A stretch of DNA of 61,012 nt, counting the filler, from Collodictyon triciliatum (taxonomy: Eukaryota): assembly GCA_043381765.1 (NCBI GenBank). It is 3 parts of 3 records of this genome, joined end to end, with 100 filler letters (N's around TTAATTAATTAA, not from the genome) between each part and the next. Parts side by side here need not be neighbours in the genome. Positions count along the whole stretch, not along the records: positions 50,001 to 61,012 come from JBHJMP010001094.1; 2 more parts are not named here. One strand, written 5' to 3'. Under the pieces are notes generated by a model, which ran no database searches, was not told the origin of the DNA, and saw only the letters and a program-made list of their open reading frames with translations. Position numbers and translations under genes: made by a program. Positions 51,530 to 61,012 of the stretch are shown here, piece after piece. How positions within the stretch are numbered: position 1 is the stretch's first letter; every line of letters starts with the position of its first letter.

Positions 51530-53632
51530 TTATTTCCACTGGGGTTGCATTTTCACTCGCTCTTTGTGCTTCAAGGTGATGTATCTTTGGATTTTCTCGT
51601 CCATCATTTGTGCTTTCGTATCGACAACCGATGAGGCGCACTCTTTTGGCACGGTTGCTGTGTGTGCGTTTGGTGGGAGGGGCACTTCATGTCTTCTGTC
51701 TGCGCGAAGGGAATGTGGTTAGCAAAACATGGATGGCAATCAGAAATTATTACAATAATAATAGATAGGAATATTGTTCCCTGCTAACCTGGTTGAAACT
51801 CAAGATTTTCTGGAGGACAAGCGATTATATTCCCTGTAGGTAAATACGAATGAGATTAATTTTTAATAGCATGAGCCCAATTCCTTCAAATAAATCATTT
51901 TGTCGTCGACCATGGTTAGGAAAATTATGGGGGGTTTTTTAAAAAAAAAAAAAAAGGATGGAAGAGATGAGAGCATAAATATACCGTGCGATCTGGCCAA
52001 GTATTTGCGTCTGGGATGATTCCATTCTCGTTCTGTTTCGGTGTAAATACAATTCGTTGGATTGACCCGGATACCTTTCTTAGCATCAATATCTAATGAG
52101 ATATTTTTAATTAAAATAATCAGGATGAATCGATGATAGATTGGATACTTACAAAAAGAAAAAATAAGCCAGAGGCATTTTTATCAATACATTCAATGAT
52201 TAAAGGAAAATCAAAACGTGCCTCTTGAAGAAGTACCATCTTCAAATTGGTGGTGGGTAATGGTCCTCCGTGTAATCATTCCCCCGTTTCCCTGCACAGA
52301 AATAGTATGTGAATGAGGGCATCCATAAACCCAGTAGCTTTTATGTCAGCGTAAATTTACTACTGAATTAAGAGAGAGAGAGAAAGAAAAAAAGGAAACT
52401 CCTTGAAATTATTTTTCCATCTCGCATAGAAATGCCGACTTAAAAAATTGTTTTCTGCTGTCGATGATATAGTAATAAATGCAAATTTACATGCCCATAC
52501 AATGCAGGTGCTACAATATATAGGAGTTATTGAATGATATGCATATTTTAATCGTTTAAAGAAGGTACATGTCCTAATCGACTTGTGTATGGATATGTAT
52601 CATTATGTACCATCATGCTTCCCTTCCTTATGTATTTCTCCTTCACTCCTGCAGTAGACGTGTAGATAAAATCAAAAAATTAAGCTTGTTATGAAAAATG
52701 AATAGCGGGATAAGATATTACCATGGATTTGCAGGTTTTATTAAGGCGGGTATTGGTTTGATAGAATAGTCAGGCATCTTTATTTTAAAAGAATTCTGAT
52801 GAATATAGAAATATAATGAAAATATCTATCATATATTTAATGATTTAGAGCAAGTTATAGAAAAGTTAAATTTTACCTGATTCGGTTCTCCATATGGGCT
52901 GAATATGTTATTATGTGATGTATGAGAATCCAGTACTGAGATTCCTCTGGCTCGATGCTATAAACAAGTGGGCCATATATACCATTTGATTTCAAAGATA
53001 CCTTGATACTTCCATCACTAGGCATGTTCTTACTCAAAAAAAAAAAGGGGATAAAGTACTTCGAACTCACTTAAAAATATTGGAGAAAGAAAAGATACGA
53101 TACACAATAAAATAAAATATCACAGGGATTTCTACAAACTTTTCCATAATGCTGAGTCCAGGTGATCGATTGGTCGGTTTTTCTCCCGGCAGGATCAGCA
53201 GACGCAGGCTACAAAAGTTAGCCCCAAAATGAATTACTCGGCTCAACATTTTAATCGGTATCTGGTTGTGATCCTCCCTTCTTTTTTTTTCTTGCAGTAT
53301 CCTGCGCCATGTTGCTTATCGAAAAACAAGATCAAGGTTGGGTGGCAACTTAATTCTAGATTTATAAAAAAAATAAAAATAAAAATACCCTGCGGTCTGA
53401 TTTAGAGGAAACGTGCTGCGTTATTGCTGCCATCCTGGGTGACTTTTGCAAAATAGGACGGTGAGATCAGGATAGATCAATCCTCTTTGTAATTTTCATT
53501 AGAAAAAAAAACATGAAAAGAAATAAGACAAGGAAAAAAGAATATGAAGCGAGCAAGAACGAAAATAAGAGAGCAAAAGATGGGACAAATGGAAGCGAGA
53601 ATTACCGACGGTCTCGATCTGTTACGATCCAT
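51530..53632 (-). CDS. Hypothetical multi-exon protein; exon structure uncertain
   Basis: Series of short open segments flanked by AG/GT, separated by AT-rich introns, ending ...ERVKMQPQWK-TAA at 51530; no family recognised. Confidence 0.4.
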
Positions 53633-54246
53633 TGAAATAGTGGGATGGTGGCTGTATTGAAAGGTACCTGCGTTTAATATGCTATGAGACTGATTACAAA
53701 GAGCATTTTATGAAGGCGGCATTGATGAGCAGACTCTGATCGCGTTTGTGTGAACGGAACTGCAGCCAATTGAAAGTCAGTCGACGGACGAGTTATGATA
53801 GTAACGGTCACCAAACATGGTATGTGCGATTAGTGATGAGATAAAAGACATAAGAAATGAGTATCAAACTTATATTACTATCAGATAGATTTATCTTCAT
53901 AAATAAGCTTTTCTAATGCTTTATACACGTCATTATATAATAACTATAGTAATTTCCCATTAATTCCACAAATATCTGAGCACGATACCCTCCTGCCAGC
54001 TTATCTTTCTGTCCGGCTTATCGTGATCACTGTACCCGCGATCTCTTGGTATGCAAGAATTTCGTCACAGGAAGCAACAAAGCAACGATCTAATTGTACA
54101 AGAACCTGCCTCCTGGCCAGAAACGGAGAGACCAACCACCATTTTCATTTTCATTTTCACTTTTTTTTATATTTTTTTTTATTGATGCCACCACTTACGG
54201 CCCGTTTCTTTTCTTTTTCTCTTCCAGCATATCCTCAGTCAGCGCG

Positions 54247-57200
54247 ATGTCCGGAAGCGACGCAAAGTATTTCCAAAGCAGCAAGAAGGGTGAGTGTCCC
54301 CAGCCCCGCCCAGTGAAAGCTTCATAGGCAAAGAACCAACCTGCATCCTCTCCAAACGCTTTACCCTTTTTTTTTTTCTCTCTCTCTGAAGCTCCGTGTC
54401 ACATTTATGCATCGGTTTTGCTGGGTCAGAGGCCACCTTTGCAATACCTTTCAAGCAAACTGTTGACCAGCCGTGTTCTCTTCAGGCGAAATCCAGGAGT
54501 TCCGGGAGGAGCTGCGGATGCCGGCCAAAGAGAAGAAGAAGGAGGCTGTCAAGAAGGTGATTGCGGCCATGACGGTCGGCAAGGACGTCAGCCTTCTCTT
54601 CCCAGATGTCCTCAACTGCATCCAAACGCCCGATCTCGAGCTGAAGAAGCTGGTCTATCTCTACCTCATGAACTACGCAAAGACTCAGCCCGATCTGGCC
54701 ATTCTGGCTGTGAACACTTTTGTCAAGGTAATTCAGGATGCGCGCGGTATGACTTTGTGAAAACCGAGTCAACATCGATCCAATCGAGTGATTTTCTGCC
54801 TTGGGCTTACACCACCTTTTGTATATGTTTTCTAGTTTTAACTTTTGAGAACAACAGCAATAACCCAATGACAAACTCCTTGCTTACTCCTTGGAAACAC
54901 ATTGGACTATGTGTGATGAATGGGCGAATGAATCAGAAGGATGTCTATCACTTCCATTCATGGATCCTTTCTCATTCTCCTTCATCTTCGCTTGGCAACG
55001 AGAACTGAGTAAAATGCGTGCTTAGGATGCTCAAGATCCGAAGCCTCTTGTCCGTGCTTTGGCCATCCGCACAATGGGCTGCATCCGTGTGGAAAAAATC
55101 ACTGAATATCTGTGCGAGCCCCTGCGCAAGTGTTTGAAGGTACCCTATCTTTCCTTTCTAATATCTTTACTTGGTCATTTTCTCTAATATCCAGGTGGAG
55201 AAAGTCTTTCGAATGTAAATTTCTTTTCGGCTTTTGCTAATAACATCTTTGTTTATCATCAATAGAGATTTTTCATCACTTCCTAATTATGTCCATATCA
55301 TATCATTACTGATTTGGAACCAAATACACATTCTTATCTTCCTTCTTTTATTGAATAGGATGAAGATGCTTACGTTCGTAAAACCGCTGCAGTTTGCGTT
55401 GCAAAACTATTCGATATCAATCCTACACTTGTGGAGGACCAGGTACGGTTCTTTCCTAGAAGATTGGATATGCAAAAAATCATACTTATTTTCCTTCCAT
55501 CAATCATGGTGAAGTATAAGGATCTATTATCGTAGGGATTCATCGACATCCTGCGCGACCTCATTTCTGACCCCAATCCCATGGTTGTTGCCAACGTTGT
55601 TTCCTCCTTGACTGACATTGCTTTCGCTTCTGGACGCAGCGACATTTTCCAGCTCAACGCAGTCACTGCGAACAAGCTCCTTACTGCCATGAACGAGTGC
55701 AGTGAATGGGGACAAATCTACATCATGGACGCACTTGCTCGCCACCAAATCTCCGAGCCCCAAGAAGCAGAATCAATCTGTGAAAGAGTCACTCCTCGCT
55801 TGCAGCACGGAAACTCTGCTGTTGTCTTGTCGACCATCAAGGTGACCTAATCCTCCCTTAAATCAACAAAAGTCCTGCGGGGACTGTGCTTGAACTACCT
55901 TGCCGACTCTCAACCTCAAAAAGATCGTCACCCTGCTCTACTCACACAACCAAACAAAAGGTCTTACTTCACTTCATGGACGAAATTGGAAATGAAGACA
56001 CTGTTCGTAGCCTCTGCAAGAAAATGGCCCCTCCGCTTAGTAAGAGAGAAGATCTACTGACGCATCTAATTAAGCTTTATTTATTTGTTTTTGTACGGTA
56101 GTACATATCTCTGTCAGTTACTAAATACTTTGACCAAGTCGTTCTGTTATATCTCCTCTCTGATTTGACTTTATCTGTGCTTATTCCTTTTTAGTTACGA
56201 TGATGTCCTCTCCCGAGCCAGAGATTCAATATGTTGCCCTGCGAAACATTGAAATTATTGCTCAGAAAAAGAATACCATTCTGTCTCACGAAATCAAGAT
56301 TTTCTTTTGCAAATACAACGACCCTCTGTATGTGAAGGTGGAGAAACTTGAAATCATGATTAGACTTGCATCGGAGCGAAACATCGACCAAGTTCTTTCT
56401 GAACTTAAAGAGTAACGATTTTATTGTCTCTTATTCAATTTTACTAATGGGTCAATATCGAGGAATTTCAATACACTCAGAAATGTTTCTTTTAAGTTTT
56501 ATTTGTTTCATAGAAAGGAATGTAACTATACACTTTATAAATTATACTTAGATATGCAACTGAAGTTGATGTTGAGTTTGTCAGGAAATCTGTCCGCTCC
56601 ATCGGCAGATGTGCAATCAAGCTTGAGAGAGCTGCTGTATGACTGACACACATTCCACCACACGAAGCTCTTTCTTTTTTTCAATTTTTGGACATATATT
56701 CATTATATCTTCGTATTCTAACCACACCCTCACGTACTTATTACAGGAAAAATGCATTCAAGCTCTTTTGGAGCTCATTCAGACCAAGGTCAATTATGTA
56801 GTCCAGGAAGTCATCATCGCAATCAAGGTAAAATATACGATATACGACAGAGAAATGAGAACAGATGAATTTCACAATATCTTTATGAGCTCGATGAAAA
56901 TCTTCAGTGATCAATGAGTGATACATTTACATCTTAACTAATAGGATATCTTCCGTCGCTACCCCAACCAATACGAAGGAGTCATTGCTACGCTCTGCGA
57001 AAACCTTGAATCCCTGGATGAACCCGAAGCTAAGGCATCAATGATTTGGATCATCGGAGAGTACTCTGACCGTATCGACAATGCTGGAGAGTTGCTCGAC
57101 TCTTTCTTGGACAGCTTCCAGGACGAGAGCGCCTCCGTAATCCAATCATCTAGACCACCACAACGCCCGTAGCTTATCATCGCCGATGCAATTGAAAAAA

Positions 57201-59817
57201 AAAAATACTCATTAGTCAACGAATACAAAACCAGGTCCAACTCCAACTACTTACAGCCGTGGTCAAGCTCTATCTTTCTAACCCACAAGACAGCCAAGAA
57301 CTGGTGAAAAAACCTTTAAATATTATTTATATTTTTAATTTTTGTTGTTGAAAATTACTAAATTAAACACATATATTTGGGCACATGGTTGTCTGCTTTT
57401 TTCGATTTGGATGATTCATATAATAATCTAAAGAGTAATCTGACTAGGTGCAAAAAGTACTCAACTTGGCCACTCAAGAGGCTGACAATCCAGACCTTCG
57501 TGACAGAGGATACATTTACTGGAGACTTCTTTCCACCGACCCGAATGCTGCTCGGGTATTTTTTCTTCTTTTTTCTGGGGCACCAGCTTGAGAAGCAAAT
57601 ATCGAAAGATAATCAAGAGAAACATGCTTCATCCGTTCCTGTATCCAAACGCGTTTTATTTTCCCCCAGATGCTTTATTATAATTAATATATTACTTTTT
57701 TTTTAAAATTTTTAAGGCCGTTGTGAGATGTGAGAAGCCTACCATCACGGATGACACAAATGTTCTCGAGAGCTCTCTCCTTGATGACCTTGTCCAGCAT
57801 CTGTCGACCTTGGCATCTGTGTATCACAGACTTCCCGAATACTTTATCCCTGGTTCTCATGCTTCCCTCCAGAAGAAGGTTTCGATACAAGAAAACTACC
57901 CATTTGGATATGTGTTAACCCCTTTTTGATTTTTTTATTCTCCTCTTTCATTTCCATTTCCATTTTATTTACTTATTATTGCGTCCATCTTATATTTTTA
58001 TACGCCCGCTCCTAGATATATATATATATGCTATATACCGCATTCGATGTACATAGAAATGTACGAAGAGTTGGGACTAACCAAAATAAATGAACAAACC
58101 AAAGGTTGAGGAAGAAGATGATGACGATGGCGATGGAGAGAATGGAGGCATCGCCGCCGGAAAAGGTGGAGTCAATCTTCTCGATTTGGACGACATCCCT
58201 GGTATCGCACCAACCAACGCCGCATCTGCAGCTCCTGCTACTTCTGCTTCTACGGTACATTCAATGTCTTATATGCGGCACAGTTGTTGCTCAGCGTCAT
58301 AACTATACTAATTCTAGAATACTGAAACACATGATACCTCAGAAGATGCCCTCAATATACTCACAGTTGCATTTGAATCGAATAAAGGGAAAAAAATACT
58401 CACAGTTGCATTACACCACAGTCGATTGCTAGTTCTGGGAATCTGCTTGATGACCTTAGTTTCCTGAGCATCTCGTCATCTGCCCCTGCTGTAGCTTTAC
58501 TCGTTTTTCACACACATAGTTTATTTGTATTCCTGGACAAGTGTTGGTGTATTTGCTCAGTGCTTAGCACTTAGTGCTTAGCGACATATATCTTTTTCGT
58601 GCAGCCTAAACCCAAACCGCTCGTCCTGCCTGCTGACCGCGCTGATGGAATGAATGTATATGCTGCTTTCGCCCGCCGTTCTGGCCAGGTTCACCTTGAC
58701 TTCACGCTTGAAAACACATCAGGCGCGCCACTTCACAGCTTTGCCGTTCAGTTCAACAAAAACAGGTGATTCAGCTTACTTTGAGACACACAACACAATT
58801 TTTATCTTCAAGTTTGAAACTCATTCTCATATGTATTTCACTTCCGCTCGTATGGGTGTTTCTTATCTTGATATTTCTACTGAAAGCTCTTTACCCAATG
58901 TCTCGTCCTACTTCATATATGTATAATCATTCTGCCAAAATAATCTAATATTTTTACTCAAAATGCTAGCTTCAACTTCGTCCCTGGCCCGTTTAATGTC
59001 CCAACCATCAACCCCGGCCAAAAGGTGGATGTAAACCTTCCTATTGGACTGAACGGAGTCAACTCAGGTTCAGCACCTTAAACGGCCCATCGACTTATTA
59101 GATGCCCCATCTCTTTGCTTTTCTTTCCAACTGATTTTTTGAATCATTCAGACGAAGTTTTTTTTTTTTTTAAAAAAAAAAGTTAAAAATAATATGGAGT
59201 ATGTCGTGACTCAAAGCTAACAACAACCACCTCCCTATCCACAAACCCAGGAGCAAACCCACCGCTGCCCGTCGTCCAGATTGCTGTCAAAAACAACACA
59301 CGCATCCACTACTTCCAAGTCAACGTCCCCCTGCACGTAATCTACACCGAAGATGGCCGCCAGGAGAAGCAGGTTTCCACCCATTCCCACCAATACCTTG
59401 CGCACGTCAGAAGAAAAGAGAACAATAAGTCATAAAGACAAAATCCATGCGATTCAGACGTAAAGGCACATCAACTAAATCCTTTTTTTTTCATTTGTGC
59501 AGAACTTCCTCACCCTGTGGCGCACCATCCCGGATGCCACCGAGCGCGTGGGCGTCTTCTCTGGGCTTTCACTCAGCTCGACAGAAGCGACACAAAGCCG
59601 CCTCGAGTCCAGCAACGTCTTTGTGGTCGCGCACCGCAAGAACGAGCAGAACATGGATGTCTTCTACACATCCATGCGCACAACGCTCAATACCGTCGTC
59701 CTTGCAGAGCTGACTGTTGCCGTGGGTGGAGCCCAGGCCCGCGTGGCTATTCGCTCTGCGCAGCCGGAGTGGGCTCCCCTTGTGGAGGCCAGCTACGGCG
59801 AAATCCTGCGCGCTTAA
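54247..59817 (+). CDS. AP1B1: AP-1/AP-2 complex beta subunit (beta-adaptin), multi-exon
   Basis: [80 protein letters not shown], hinge clathrin box LLDLD (58177), appendage domain; AP1B1 and AP2B1 cannot be distinguished. Confidence 0.95.
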
Positions 59818-61012
59818 AACCCCTGCTCTGCTCTGATTTGCTCTGATTTGCTTTGCATGACATCGCATCGCGTCGCGTCGCATGTGTGGCAGTAGCATCT
59901 CCAGGGCAGAGACAAACACAGCGGCGCTTGGGCTGGCCTATCGCCAAGCGACCTTCGCCCAGGAATAAAGCTTCATTCACTCATACCGTTGTTGTGCTTC
60001 GCCGACTTTGTGGCAGAGTTTCTTGTGTGCGTTCGTCTTGTTAATTAACAGTCTTTGTTGGTTCTGGGCCGAGAGTGAGGCACAGCGGAGAGGTAGGGAG
60101 TGTAATTCAAATATGGAATATATGTTATATCTGACTTAACAATCATAAAGAGTAAATATACAGAATAGAAATCGAGCAATATGGATTCGATATATACATA
60201 ATATTATGAATTATGGGTATAATAGATGAATAAGACAATTATGGACATAACAGGTACTAGCTTGCGCCTTTTCTGGACATATAAACTAATATGGCTAGGT
60301 GTAGTGCACAGAGAGGGGTACTAGAAACGAATTTGGATATGCTTCATTCTAACCAAGAGGAGCCTCATTTGGACGAGAGTTCTGCAGCGACTCGAGAGCT
60401 TCTTCGTGGTCTTCAATAATACCGAAATGCGAAAAATCACTGAAAATTCAATCCAACGAAGAGGCTCGTGGCCGGAAAATGGAGAAACGGAAAGGATGAT
60501 TTGCTATGTGTTTCAATTCACTAATGAGTCCAAAACGGGCGAGAGCTTCTGTCCTCGGCCTATATAAAGGGTGCGAGCGCCTGTTGCATGGTAACTTCTG
60601 ATGTTGGATTTCAAAAAGCATTCAATCATTTGTGGCACATGACAAAACCGCCCCGAGCTGCCGACCGCACAAGATCGCTTCGCTTTCGAACATCCCTTGC
60701 ATCCCACAGTTCGGCCATGAAGTCACTACAAAAGATGGGCAGATGGAGAATCGAGCAAGACTCACGCACATACAAATGAGAGCCATGCTTTGGCAATCAT
60801 CATACTTACCCATAGAGAGCGATGCGTTTAACAAGGTCTTTTCTCCTTAGAGCGTCACCCCACCGTGCAACTACACCAGGAGCAGTCTCCAAGCCCCCCA
60901 TCTGGCTCATTCACCTCCCAAGCAAAGAAAAAACAAGACGAAAAACAAGAAAAAAAAAAAAAAAAAGGAGCCCAGACGAACGAGATAAACAGTTTTAAGG
61001 AGTATCAGAAAT

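Noticed and set aside
25342-59817. Functional clustering of adaptin genes (AP5M1 and beta-adaptin)
   Set aside because: They are ~26 kb apart, separated by a synthetic contig linker, and belong to different complexes

Overview
Eukaryotic genomic DNA from an AT-rich, intron-dense, microsatellite-rich organism using the standard genetic code. It appears to be a flagellated protist with translating mitochondria (DLEC1, PTPDC1, presequence-bearing NFS1 and GatB). The window is three contigs joined by artificial 100-nt N-TTAATTAATTAA-N linkers (24926-25025, 49901-50000), plus one ordinary N gap (8177-8688). Recognisable spliced genes: apicomplexan-type thioredoxin reductase, PTPDC1, DLEC1 (5'-truncated), AP-5 mu, a docking-domain protein with 7 IQ motifs, NFS1, a tandem SSSCA1/p27 zinc-ribbon protein, GatB, CapZ alpha, endosulfine/ARPP19 and AP-1/2 beta adaptin. 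Accessory content: an intronless GC-rich DUF506 gene, an intronless 2OG-Fe(II) oxygenase-like gene resembling giant-virus proteins, and several decayed LINE relics. The most notable feature is a full-length but decayed Fanzor1 (eukaryotic TnpB-like RNA-guided nuclease) at ~47.6-49.5 kb, with a structured candidate omegaRNA downstream and degenerate inverted ends. Gene identities come from manual motif recognition, not database searches, and exon boundaries were inferred by eye.
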